Part shown: positions 53,618-62,392 of the stretch, piece after piece | How the letters are laid out: each line of letters opens with the position of its first letter | Position numbering within the stretch: position 1 is the stretch's first letter | DNA from: Chloroflexota bacterium | GTDB lineage: Bacteria > Chloroflexota > Anaerolineae > CG2-30-64-16 | Length of the DNA stretch: 64,000 nucleotides | NCBI GenBank assembly: GCA_016876015.1 | Contig: VGOD01000005.1 | Location: 2,950 to 66,949, forward strand | Direction of reading: 5' to 3' | The notes under the pieces: model-generated | What the model was told of the DNA's origin: nothing | The model's database searches: none | Seen by the model: only the letters and a program-made list of their open reading frames with translations | Made by a program: the position numbers and the translations under genes

Positions 53618-56374
53618 ATGACTGCAACGCAGACTTACCCCGATCGAGGGTGTGAGACCAGCGGTCGCAACCTGGCGCCGCTGCACAGCTTTGGCGCGCC
53701 CCCGCGCAGCGGCGAGATCGTCGTGCAGCGCACCCTGCTGGGGCTTCAACTGCCCTATCTGCCGGATTTTCTGGCCGACCACACGCTGGTCGGCCAGAAC
53801 GACAGTGAGCGCTTGGCCGAGCTGTTGGAGCGCCAGGTGCAGTTCGTGGCTAACCTCTGGAAATGGCAGAGCGCCGCCTTCAGCCTGCGCTTCATCTACC
53901 GGCCGGAGCAGGCCGGCATCCAGGTCGCGCTGCTGGCGCGCATCCTCAGCCGGCCCGAGTCGGCGGCGATGGCGGCCGAGCAGTTGGGCGCCGATCTGAT
54001 GCGTCTGGCCCAAACTTTCGGCCTGACGGTGCGCCAGGTCGCCACGCCGGCCGACCTGGCCGGCCTGCGCATGCCGGTGCCCAATCCGTCCATCGTCGAG
54101 GTGCGCCAGCGCGAGGAGGTGGTGAGCTTCCCCTGGGCGCAGGGCGACGCCTACGTCGTCTATCCCTACTGGCAGCCGGCGGGCGCTTTTCTGCAGCCAT
54201 GCGAGGCCCTGCTGCGTCTCAGTGCGCCATGCGTCGTCAACCTGCACCTGGAGCCGACCAGCCTGGGCGAGAACGAGTATCGGGCCCTGGTCAACGCCGC
54301 CGCCACCGCCCAGACGGCCGCCGATTGGCAGCGCAGCGCGCACAGTATCGAATACAGCGGTCGCTGGGCCGATCCCCAGGCCGCGGCCGTGGCGCGTGTT
54401 TACGCGGCGCAATTGCGTCGCCTGGCGCAGCCATTCGTCATGGCAGCGCAGGTCGCCAGCAGCGACCGTTTCGCGGCCATGAGCATTGCACAATCCCTTG
54501 GCGCTGCTTTCACCGCACGGCCCATGGGCAGGGCAGACGATGAACTGATTTCCAGCTTTGACATCGTCTATGCAGGCACTGACGCCGACGCTCAAGCCGC
54601 CGCGCGGACGTTGAATCACCTGATCCTGACGCCGTGGGGCCGCAGCCAGGCCGAAGAAAGCCCCGACCTGATCCGGCTCCGCTATCTGGCCGACGCGCGC
54701 GGCGCGGCTGCGCTGTTCCGCTTCCCCATCGCCGTGCGCGGCGGCGTGCCGGGCGTCGAGGTGCGCCAGCCGATGCCAGATTTCGAGCCGGGCGGCCGGC
54801 GGGCGAACGCCAGGCCCGACGAGCTGAACCTGGGCAGCTTCCAGCGCGGCGGCGCGGTCACACTGCGACTGAAAGACCTCTCTCGCCACGGCCTGATCGC
54901 CGGGCTGCCAGGCAGCGGCAAGACCAACACCTGCCTGTACCTGCTTAGCCAACTGCACGAGCGCGGCGTCCCGTTCCTGGTAATCGAGCCGGCCAAGACC
55001 GAGTATCGCGGGCTGGTCCGCCAGCCGGGGTTCGAGGATCTGCTGGTCTTCACCCTGGGCGACGAAACCACTGCGCCCTTCCGACTCAATCCCTTCGAGC
55101 TGCTGCCCGGCGTGCGGCTGGAGGTGCACCTCGAGGCGCTCAACGTTGCCATCAATGCGGCCATGCCCCAGTTCGGCGTGCTGCCATCCATCATCGAAGA
55201 GGCGTTGGAGGCAGCTTACACGAGCCACAGCTGGCGGTTGAGTGATCGCGGCGGCGAAGGGGAGCCGAAACTCTTCCCCACCATGGCCGACTTCTGCCGC
55301 CAGGCCGTGCAGGCGATCGAGGGCCGCGGCTATCGCGGGGAGCTGCACGACAACATCCAGGCCGCGGTCAAAGGACGGATCGGCAGCCTGCTGCGCGGCA
55401 GCAAGGGCAGGATGTTCAACTGCCGGCGCTCGTTGCCGTTCGAGCTCCTGTTCGACCGGCCGGCCGTGCTGGAGCTGGACTCGCTCAGCGACGACGTCAA
55501 GGCGCTGACCATGATGTTCCTGCTGATCCTGTTGCGCGAGCACCGCCAGGGTCAGGCCCGTCGCGCCGGCGAACTATCCGCAGGCTTCCGGCATCTCCTG
55601 CTAATCGAGGAGGCCCACCGCATCCTGGAGAACGTCGCCGCAGTCGGCAACACCGAGGTCGCGGCGGATACGCGCGCCAAGTCGGTGCGGGCCATGACCG
55701 ACTTCCTGGTCGAAATGCGCGCCTACGGCCAGGGAGTGCTGATCGCCGAGCAAAGCCCGGAGAAACTCGCCCCGGACGCGGTGCGCAACACCAACCTCAA
55801 GATCGGCCACATGCTCCCCGGCCGCCAGGATCGCGAGGCGCTGGCCGCCGCGATGATCATGGACCAGGCGCAGGAACAGTTCATGGGCAAGCTGCGCGTG
55901 GGCCAGGCAGCGGTATTCATGACCGGCCTGGAAAAAGCGACCTTCATGACCGTGCCGGACTACAAGGGCGGCGTCGGGTTCGCCGACTTCCTGCCTGACG
56001 CAGCCGTCAAAGGCCACATGGCGAGGTTCTACGAGGCGAATCGTCTGGCCCTCTTGCCGTTCGACGGCTGCCGATTCTGCGGCGAGCCGTGTGAACATCG
56101 AGATGCTATCGAGCCGATAACCCGACGCAAGGAAACGGCTCAACGGTTCCAGACGGCGCTCACCGCCTTCGACGAACGACCCGAGCCGGCCCACTGGCCC
56201 GCCAACTGGCAGGAGGTCGCGGCCGTTTGCGGCGATGCGGCGGCTCAGGCCGGGCGACCGGATCACCAGGAAGCCGCCTATTGTTACCTGGCGCACGAGA
56301 TTGACTTCCCGTTCACCGAGCACATGCGCCGCGCGTTCGTGCGCGCGGTCGAGGCGTTGCCTGCAAGCGGATGA
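53618..56374 (+). CDS. HerA/VirB4/FtsK-superfamily P-loop ATPase with ~430-aa N-terminal domain of unknown function
   Basis: Walker A: GLPGSGKTNTCLYLL. FLVIEPAKTEYRGL (compare HerA/DUF87 D-P-x-G-E-Y). Walker B: HLLLIEEAHRIL. VLIAEQSPEKL. C-terminal CRFCGEPCEH. Confidence 0.7.
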   Translation: MTATQTYPDRGCETSGRNLAPLHSFGAPPRSGEIVVQRTLLGLQLPYLPDFLADHTLVGQNDSERLAELLERQVQFVANLWKWQSAAFSLRFIYRPEQAGIQVALLARILSRPESAAMAAEQLGADLMRLAQTFGLTVRQVATPADLAGLRMPVPNPSIVEVRQREEVVSFPWAQGDAYVVYPYWQPAGAFLQPCEALLRLSAPCVVNLHLEPTSLGENEYRALVNAAATAQTAADWQRSAHSIEYSGRWADPQAAAVARVYAAQLRRLAQPFVMAAQVASSDRFAAMSIAQSLGAAFTARPMGRADDELISSFDIVYAGTDADAQAAARTLNHLILTPWGRSQAEESPDLIRLRYLADARGAAALFRFPIAVRGGVPGVEVRQPMPDFEPGGRRANARPDELNLGSFQRGGAVTLRLKDLSRHGLIAGLPGSGKTNTCLYLLSQLHERGVPFLVIEPAKTEYRGLVRQPGFEDLLVFTLGDETTAPFRLNPFELLPGVRLEVHLEALNVAINAAMPQFGVLPSIIEEALEAAYTSHSWRLSDRGGEGEPKLFPTMADFCRQAVQAIEGRGYRGELHDNIQAAVKGRIGSLLRGSKGRMFNCRRSLPFELLFDRPAVLELDSLSDDVKALTMMFLLILLREHRQGQARRAGELSAGFRHLLLIEEAHRILENVAAVGNTEVAADTRAKSVRAMTDFLVEMRAYGQGVLIAEQSPEKLAPDAVRNTNLKIGHMLPGRQDREALAAAMIMDQAQEQFMGKLRVGQAAVFMTGLEKATFMTVPDYKGGVGFADFLPDAAVKGHMARFYEANRLALLPFDGCRFCGEPCEHRDAIEPITRRKETAQRFQTALTAFDERPEPAHWPANWQEVAAVCGDAAAQAGRPDHQEAAYCYLAHEIDFPFTEHMRRAFVRAVEALPASG
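56299..56374 (+). repeat. Direct repeat DR1 (functional 3' end of the ATPase gene)
   Basis: gattgacttcccgttcaccgagcacatgcgccgcgcgttcgtgcgcgcggtcgaggcgttgcctgcaagcggatga. Repeated at 57501-57659. Confidence 0.75.
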
Positions 56375-56470
56375 TGAGCTACGCGATCCGGGCGATCCAG
56401 GGGGCAGCTGACGCGGCGTGGGGAGCCATGACAGAGGCGGTACGCTCAGTGTGACGGAGTGAAACCGGCG

Positions 56471-56896
56471 CTAAACGCCGGCCAGGGCATGTTGGAGCAC
56501 GCGGCGGGTCAGGCTGGGGCGCTCGTCGGTGGAGGTGGAGGGCAAGGCTTTATCCTTGAGCTCATCTTCCAGGATAAAGTGCGCGTAGGCCCAACTGAAC
56601 GCCTCGTGCAGCGGCACGTCGCGCAGCCCGGCTTGCGGCACGTCGAATCGCTCACCGGCCAGCAGCAATCGCAGCCCCCAGATGACGGCTGGGTAGGTCT
56701 TGTGGAGGTTATAGGCAATCCAGGCAAACGGGCGGTCCTCGCCGTCGCGATAATCTGCCATCAGGTCGAGAATGGATGTATCGCCGTACCCGCGGCTGTG
56801 AATGCTTGTGTCGGTTCGCTGGCGGGTTGGGTCCACGGCGATAGCCTCCACCATACCGGGTTCTTGAAAAAGGAGGTGTAGTTCTCGTCTAGCCAT
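56471..56896 (-). CDS. Hypothetical protein (second gene of the inserted cassette)
   Basis: 141-aa ORF, 8 nt downstream of 56905..57390 on the minus strand. No recognisable motif. Confidence 0.45.
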   Translation of the reverse strand: MARRELHLLFQEPGMVEAIAVDPTRQRTDTSIHSRGYGDTSILDLMADYRDGEDRPFAWIAYNLHKTYPAVIWGLRLLLAGERFDVPQAGLRDVPLHEAFSWAYAHFILEDELKDKALPSTSTDERPSLTRRVLQHALAGV

Positions 56897-56904
56897 ACTT
56901 CACC

Positions 56905-57390
56905 TTACAAGCCAAACTCGCGCGACCGCTTGCCCGGAGCAATGTACCACACCGCGATCGTCTCAGCATCGCGCGCGCCTTTGACCTTGCCGCTTTCCTG
57001 TGAATGAAAGTTGTATAGAAACTTGACACCTTGCCGGAACTTGATGACTGCTGCAACCAACTCGTACTCATGCCCAGGCTGAAGATAGATGCGCTTGTAG
57101 TAAATCAACGTGTCGTCCGGGCTGGCGTAGTCGTAGACCACGATGTCAGGATCTGCCAGAACGTCAGGAAGGCGTGCCAACTCGTCTATCAGGTCAAAAC
57201 GCGATTTGCGCGCCAGCGAATCGTGTGCGTAGGCCAGACCCTCTGCTGTGACGTATACCGGTTCGCCGTGCACGTCGGTGACAACATACGCGACACGCTG
57301 AACGCGTTCGCGGCCTTTGTTGTCCACGACAACGATGGACGCTTCAGCGGCCGCAGGCCGGCGCACGGTTGGTTTCTGTGTGGCTGGCAT
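56905..57390 (-). CDS. Hypothetical protein, possibly Barnase/EndoU/RelE-like (PBECR-type) nuclease
   Basis: LIDELARLPDVLADPDIVVYDYASPDDTLIYYKRIYLQPGHEYELVAAVIKF resembles the core of phage-associated PBECR nuclease domains. Weak call. Confidence 0.4.
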   Translation of the reverse strand: MPATQKPTVRRPAAAEASIVVVDNKGRERVQRVAYVVTDVHGEPVYVTAEGLAYAHDSLARKSRFDLIDELARLPDVLADPDIVVYDYASPDDTLIYYKRIYLQPGHEYELVAAVIKFRQGVKFLYNFHSQESGKVKGARDAETIAVWYIAPGKRSREFGL

Positions 57391-57395
57391 ATCTT

Positions 57396-57424
57396 ATCAT
57401 AGGCGCAATTCGGATTTCTGTCAA
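57396..57424 (-). promoter_or_regulatory. Promoter of the inserted cassette (near-leaderless)
   Basis: Minus strand: TTGACA (57424-57419), 17 nt (gaaatccgaattgcgcc), TATGAT (57401-57396), 5 nt, ATG 57390. Confidence 0.5.
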
Positions 57425-57500
57425 GACGCATATCGGAGAAACGCCCGTGCCACGCGACATATCTGACATCGAAGCCGTGGAGCACACTATCAAGCTGGGC

Positions 57501-57659
57501 GATTGACTTCCCGTTCATCGAACATATACTGATCGGAAATGAATTCAGTGCATTAAAGTCAAGCCGAGGCCTCGACGCCAATGCACTCATTTGATTTCCG
57601 AGCAGTATATACGCCGCGCGTTCGTGCGCGCGGTTGAGGCATTGCCTACAAACGGATAA
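57501..57659 (+). repeat. Direct repeat DR2 (displaced old 3' end of the ATPase gene, itself split by a small MITE)
   Basis: gattgacttcccgttcatcgaaca + 85-bp insert + tacgccgcgcgttcgtgcgcgcggttgaggcattgcctacaaacggataa. Aligns to 56299-56374. Confidence 0.75.
57525..57609. mobile_element. 85-bp palindromic MITE-like insert
   Basis: tatactgatcggaaatgaattcagtgcatt ... aatgcactcatttgatttccgagcagtata, with central palindrome cgaggcctcg. Confidence 0.55.
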
Positions 57660-57683
57660 CCTCAGCCATGAAAGGAGTTTCCC

Positions 57684-58265
57684 ATGAAATGCCCGAATTG
57701 TGGCGCACCTGATGCTGGACCTGGGTCGTTCTGTATGGCCTGTGGCGCAAAACTATCAACGGCAACCACGGCAGTATCTCCACAGGCGCGGACGCCTTCA
57801 TCGGCGCCGAGCGGAGAAGCGACGTCTCCCCCAGGCGCTCCACAGCCAATAGATACGCACTCTAGCCGTTGGTGGCTCGGGGAAACTCAAGACGGTGTCG
57901 CGCCAGTTGTTCTGCCGACGGCGATCACTACTACCTCAACTGGTCCATTGAAAACAATCCATCGCATCGCCATCGGCTCCGTCTTCAAAGTTACCTTTGT
58001 AATCTACGCTCTACTCCTCGGTCTCTTCGGCTGTCTCTTCATGGTGCTCCCTGGGCTGTTCGGCGCTAGCCTACTGGGTGGTTTGGCCGGACGGGATAGT
58101 GACCTGGCCTTGCTGGGCGGCAGTTTCATCGGAATCCTAATCTCCTACGTCTTGCTCGTCGCGCTTGGCGCGTTCCTGCAAGGCATCTTCACGGTGATCG
58201 CCGCGTTCATCTACAACCTCGCCGCGCGTTGGGTCGGCGGCATCCAGGTTGAATTGCAGGAGTAG
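57684..58265 (+). CDS. Zinc ribbon - Pro/Ser linker - 3-4 TM membrane protein
   Basis: MKCPNCGAPDAGPGSFCMACG. Hydrophobic C-terminal half (VFKVTFVIYALLLGLFGCLFMVLPGLFG...). Confidence 0.65.
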   Translation: MKCPNCGAPDAGPGSFCMACGAKLSTATTAVSPQARTPSSAPSGEATSPPGAPQPIDTHSSRWWLGETQDGVAPVVLPTAITTTSTGPLKTIHRIAIGSVFKVTFVIYALLLGLFGCLFMVLPGLFGASLLGGLAGRDSDLALLGGSFIGILISYVLLVALGAFLQGIFTVIAAFIYNLAARWVGGIQVELQE

Positions 58266-58272
58266 CAGAGCG

Positions 58273-58482
58273 ATGCCGATAGAGCAACTGGCCGTCGAAG
58301 CCCCCATCAGCGCCGCCAGGCTGACGGCGAATACGATCAAGGACATCTGGTCGGTGATGGACGCCGCCGCGGAGAAGCCCGCGCCGACGCAGTATCTCGG
58401 CGCGAAGGCGATCCAGGCCATTCAGGGCGTAACCGACCAGGCGCAAAAAACTGTCAATGCCGCGGTCAGCGCGGCGTCGTAA
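58273..58482 (+). CDS. Small hypothetical protein
   Basis: ATG 58273 MPIEQLAVEAPISAARL, 69 aa. Tightly packed between neighbours. Confidence 0.35.
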   Translation: MPIEQLAVEAPISAARLTANTIKDIWSVMDAAAEKPAPTQYLGAKAIQAIQGVTDQAQKTVNAAVSAAS

Positions 58483-58494
58483 ATAGGAGGTCTC

Positions 58495-58872
58495 ATGGCA
58501 TCCGACACGAAAGACGCCCAGGACGCCCAACGTCCCAGCGATACCGGTCAGACGCAACCGCGCCTGAACCGGCCACAAACCGAAGCAGGAAGACGCGCAA
58601 TGCAGGGAGGGGACAGCGACCTCGCGGGCCACCAGGAGCGTCTGAATCAGGTCAAGACCGAAGCCTCGGCTCGCGACGCAGCGGAACGCGCGGCGTTGGA
58701 GCGCAAGAAAGCTGAGGAATCCCCCGATGCTGCCAGCCAGACCGATCGCCGACACGCTATTGGCGACGCAGGGTTGGCGGAAAAAGTCGAGTCCGGCCCA
58801 GAAAAACGAGAGAAAGAAGTATTCACAGGCCCGCCGGAGGCACGCGAGGGCCATCGCAAACCAGAAGGATAA
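58495..58872 (+). CDS. Disordered Lys/Glu/Asp-rich protein sharing an N-terminal motif with 60188..60994
   Basis: MASDTKDAQDAQRPSD...EAGRRAMQGGDSD versus MPKDTQDSKAPRD...DKGRRAMQGAPDD. Confidence 0.45.
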   Translation: MASDTKDAQDAQRPSDTGQTQPRLNRPQTEAGRRAMQGGDSDLAGHQERLNQVKTEASARDAAERAALERKKAEESPDAASQTDRRHAIGDAGLAEKVESGPEKREKEVFTGPPEAREGHRKPEG

Positions 58873-58909
58873 CGGCTCCTTCGCCACACAAGCATCTCGA
58901 GAGGCGTAT

Positions 58910-60172
58910 ATGGCTACTTTTGCTCGTCGCTATGCACCCGCGTGCATCGTGGCGCTGCTGTTGTGGATCGGCGTCGGTTCAACTGTTTGGGCAGCGCCCG
59001 TTATTCCCACCTGGCGCGAACGCCTTTGGTGCGATGCGGCCGCTCAGAAACATAGAGGGTTGGAGTACTGCACCGCGGCGGCGGGTCAGGTGCATGTGGT
59101 TGTTGTGGATCTACAAAGTCCCGGCATCGGGCTGGAGTATGTCATCGCCGAGGGGCTGAACAAGACTGGCCAGTTCGGCGAATGTCAAGATGTGAACGTT
59201 CCGGCATACGGCCCCGTGCGCGGCGGATGCGCCGACAAAACCAACCCCGCCTATTATCCGGTGATGCCGTTGGATCGGGCTGTTGAGATCGGCAAGAGCC
59301 GCACTACGAACCTGGCGGTAGTAATCAACAGCGACTATGGCGCCGGCGACCAGGGTAAACCGGGCGAGTTTCGAGGGCACGGCCCCGAAGGGCTGACGGT
59401 TGTGCGCGGTACCCGCCTGGATGGCCCGACCAACGGCGACAAAGATATCAACGCCATCAACCGTCCCTGGCTGGCTGTCAGCCGTGATGCGCCTCTACGA
59501 GCCGAACTCAGCCAACTTGCGCAAGACGACGGTGGCAAGGCCGCCTGGGTCTATACCGGCGTGGGCGGCGGGCCGTGGTTAATCCGCAGCGGTGTCATTC
59601 AGACTGAAGACATCCAGACCTGCCGGAACTGCCCCGGCTCTTGCTACGAAGGCGCGGTTCAAACCGCAGTCGGACTCTCCCAGGATCACCGTTGGCTGTT
59701 TCTCGTGATAGATTCCCGCAAGGGCAAGCTGATGGACACGGCGCAGTTCATGCGCGAGCAACTGGCCGCCTGGGATGCTATCAAGTTCGACGGCGGCGGC
59801 TCCTCGCAACTGTGGTACAGCGGCCAGTTCATCGCTCGCGGCGATGGCCGCCAGCTTTCACAATACCTGGCCGTCATTGCGCCGCCCGGTTCCGGTATTC
59901 AGGATACCGTTCCCTCGCCTTCTCTGACCGATCAGTTGAAGGCGCTGATCGAGCGCCTGCGCCAGACCGCCGAGCGCCAGCTTGACAAGTGGCGCCAGCA
60001 AGCCGAGGAGGCGGTGAGGCGGTGGGTGGCGGAGCTGGAACGGCAAGCGTCCGAGTGGCTCCAGCGGGAACTGGAGCGCCAGGTACAGAGCCTGGTTGAG
60101 CAGGTCTGCGGCAGCGCGCTGGCACCGATGGCGTTGGTTGTCTGGCTGACAACGCGGCGTCGCAGAAGATGA
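58910..60172 (+). CDS. Phosphodiester glycosidase (DUF2233/NAGPA-like) with signal peptide, C-terminal coiled coil and TM anchor
   Basis: ATG 58910 MATFARRYAPACIVALLLWIGVGSTVWA. VVVVDLQSPGI, AVVINSDYG, GGGPWLIRSG, RTAVGLSQDHRWLFLVIDSRKG, AIKFDGGGSSQLW. C-terminal ALAPMALVVWLTTRRRRR. Confidence 0.6.
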   Translation: MATFARRYAPACIVALLLWIGVGSTVWAAPVIPTWRERLWCDAAAQKHRGLEYCTAAAGQVHVVVVDLQSPGIGLEYVIAEGLNKTGQFGECQDVNVPAYGPVRGGCADKTNPAYYPVMPLDRAVEIGKSRTTNLAVVINSDYGAGDQGKPGEFRGHGPEGLTVVRGTRLDGPTNGDKDINAINRPWLAVSRDAPLRAELSQLAQDDGGKAAWVYTGVGGGPWLIRSGVIQTEDIQTCRNCPGSCYEGAVQTAVGLSQDHRWLFLVIDSRKGKLMDTAQFMREQLAAWDAIKFDGGGSSQLWYSGQFIARGDGRQLSQYLAVIAPPGSGIQDTVPSPSLTDQLKALIERLRQTAERQLDKWRQQAEEAVRRWVAELERQASEWLQRELERQVQSLVEQVCGSALAPMALVVWLTTRRRRR

Positions 60173-60187
60173 TCGTGAGGAAGTACG

Positions 60188-60994
60188 ATGCCGAAAGACA
60201 CGCAAGATTCGAAGGCTCCCCGTGATATCGCCGAAGCGAAAGCGCCAGCCGAGGCTGCGCCGCCCAAGCTGAGCGATAAGGGGCGACGCGCCATGCAAGG
60301 GGCTCCAGACGACGCGGCAGAGAAGACGCTCGATCGGGGCGAGATGCGCAGCGTGACGGCACAGGCCGACCGCGAGGTGTCGCCACCGAAGTCCAAGCGT
60401 CCGACAGAAAACCAGATCACAGCCTATCAACACAAAATGCAGGGGCAAATTGCAGAGGAGTCGCTCAACTCAATCGGCGCTGAATCGTTCAATGACTTCA
60501 AGCCTAACGCTCCGGTGTACGACGCCCTGCTGGCTGAGAAGGGGGGATTCGAGGCGGCCTCGGTGAAAACGCACATGCCTTCGCAGAAACATCCTGACGC
60601 CTATCTGGCACATTATGCGCACGATCTGCGCGTCGCAACGGGCGCAACGGAGGCCAAGAGCGGAAAATACGCAGGCATGACTGGGCCGACCTTTGCCGCC
60701 GAGGCGCTGAACAGCCTCGACGATCTGCCAGACGCCCTCAAGAACATCCCGCCCAAGCAGATGGAGACGCGGCTTAAGCAAAACGCCAGTGTGCGTATTC
60801 CTGCGGACCACGTTGGACGCGCCCGCACCTATGTATTTAAGCAGGCGACAGCCCGTCCTGTGCAGTATGGCTTGCCGGCCGGTGCCGGCGCCGACGAGGT
60901 ACAGCAACTCGCTGACCGGATCAAACCGTTGCCGGTAACATCCGACCAAATCAAGGCCGCCGTGGGCAGGCGGCGCCAGGCGCTGAGTGGGTGA
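60188..60994 (+). CDS. Hypothetical protein: disordered N-terminus plus globular domain, possibly PD-(D/E)xK-like
   Basis: GQIAEESLNSIGAESFNDFKPNAPVYDALLAEKGGFEAASVKTH has the spacing of G..E / D / E..K nuclease-fold motifs. Weak call. Confidence 0.4.
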   Translation: MPKDTQDSKAPRDIAEAKAPAEAAPPKLSDKGRRAMQGAPDDAAEKTLDRGEMRSVTAQADREVSPPKSKRPTENQITAYQHKMQGQIAEESLNSIGAESFNDFKPNAPVYDALLAEKGGFEAASVKTHMPSQKHPDAYLAHYAHDLRVATGATEAKSGKYAGMTGPTFAAEALNSLDDLPDALKNIPPKQMETRLKQNASVRIPADHVGRARTYVFKQATARPVQYGLPAGAGADEVQQLADRIKPLPVTSDQIKAAVGRRRQALSG

Positions 60995-61022
60995 GAGCGC
61001 GTGGCCGGTCCCGCAAAATACA

Positions 61023-62339
61023 ATGGCTGATCAACTACTCTTCTGTCCCCACTGCGGCATGCAGCAACTCAAAACAGACGCGCGCTTCTGCCATGTCTGC
61101 GGGCAGCCGATCCCAGCGGTATCAGCGCACGCGGCCGAGCCTATTGTGCTCGCGCCCAAGCGACCGCGGCGGCTGAGCGCGTGGTGGCTGTTGCCCCTGC
61201 CCCTTGTGGGGGTTATGGCGTTGGTTCTCCTGGCCTGGGAACCAGCGCGCAGTCGGGTTGCTGACCTCCTGGCGGGCATCCGGCCGGCCGCGACCGCACC
61301 AGCCAGTCGTGAGCCAGACACTTCCGCACGAGCAGCATCCGGCGACGCGACCAAAGGCCCGACTCAGGGCGTCTCCGTGGCACCGACGGAGACGCCTGCC
61401 GCATCACCGACCGTCGCTGTTCCGCCGAGTGCCACCCCGCAGCCTTCGGTAACGTCGCTTCCAACCGCGACACCGCCGCCGACGGCAACGCTCGTGCCAA
61501 CGGCAACGCCCTTTACCGCCGTTACCAAACCTGAAATCGTTCACACCGGCTCCCTGGGGCTGATCGCTTTTTACTCAGAACGCGATGGAAACGCCGAGAT
61601 CTACATCATGGATGCCAACGGGGGGAATCAACGACGCTTGACTTCCGACCCCGCAAGCGACCTGTATCCGGCGCTTTCCCCCGATGGGCGGCGCATCGCG
61701 TTTGTTTCGCAACGCGATGGTAACTCCGAAATCTACCTGGTGGATTCGGACGGCAGCGATCTTGTCCGCATCACCAACGACGCGGCAGAGGACCGCTTGC
61801 CGGTCTGGTCGCCTGATGGTAAGCGGATCGCGTTTTCATCAGATCGCTCGGGCAATGCGAACCTGTATGTCATGGATGCCAACGGCCAGAACCTGGTTCA
61901 ACTAACATCTGGCCCAGAGCGAGACGGCCATCCAACCTGGTCCCCTGATGGTGCCCGGCTGGCGTTCAACACCGGCGACGAGCCGGCGTCATGGGAGATC
62001 GAGACGATCTCTGCTGCCGATGGGGCGCGCCGACGTCTGACGGAAAATGGTGTGATCGATTGGTCGCCCAATTGGGCCACGAATGGCAGCAAGATCTTGT
62101 TTCTCTCACGACGGTCTACGCAAAACGCCATCTACGTCGTGGCGCCCTACGGCGGCGAGGAACGCAAGGTGTTCGATGGCTTGGAGTCCATCTGGGGCGC
62201 CGTTTGGTCTCCGGATGGTCAACACATTGCGTTTACATCCAACGAGAGCGGGCGCGATGAGATCTACGTGATTCGCTCCGATGGCAGCGATCTCCGACAG
62301 CTAACCTCCGAAGGAGGCGCCTACCCGAGTTGGAGGTAG
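61023..62339 (+). CDS. Zinc ribbon - TM - PT linker - TolB-like (PD40) beta-propeller protein
   Basis: MADQLLFCPHCGMQQLKTDARFCHVCG. TM WWLLPLPLVGVMALVLLAW. SPDGRRIAFVSQRDGNSEIYLVDSDGSDLVRITN and four or more similar PD40 repeats. Confidence 0.8.
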   Translation: MADQLLFCPHCGMQQLKTDARFCHVCGQPIPAVSAHAAEPIVLAPKRPRRLSAWWLLPLPLVGVMALVLLAWEPARSRVADLLAGIRPAATAPASREPDTSARAASGDATKGPTQGVSVAPTETPAASPTVAVPPSATPQPSVTSLPTATPPPTATLVPTATPFTAVTKPEIVHTGSLGLIAFYSERDGNAEIYIMDANGGNQRRLTSDPASDLYPALSPDGRRIAFVSQRDGNSEIYLVDSDGSDLVRITNDAAEDRLPVWSPDGKRIAFSSDRSGNANLYVMDANGQNLVQLTSGPERDGHPTWSPDGARLAFNTGDEPASWEIETISAADGARRRLTENGVIDWSPNWATNGSKILFLSRRSTQNAIYVVAPYGGEERKVFDGLESIWGAVWSPDGQHIAFTSNESGRDEIYVIRSDGSDLRQLTSEGGAYPSWR

Positions 62340-62392
62340 TAGCGGGTAGCAATACGGAAGCGATACTCGCTCAGTGACGGCGAGGAGCATAG

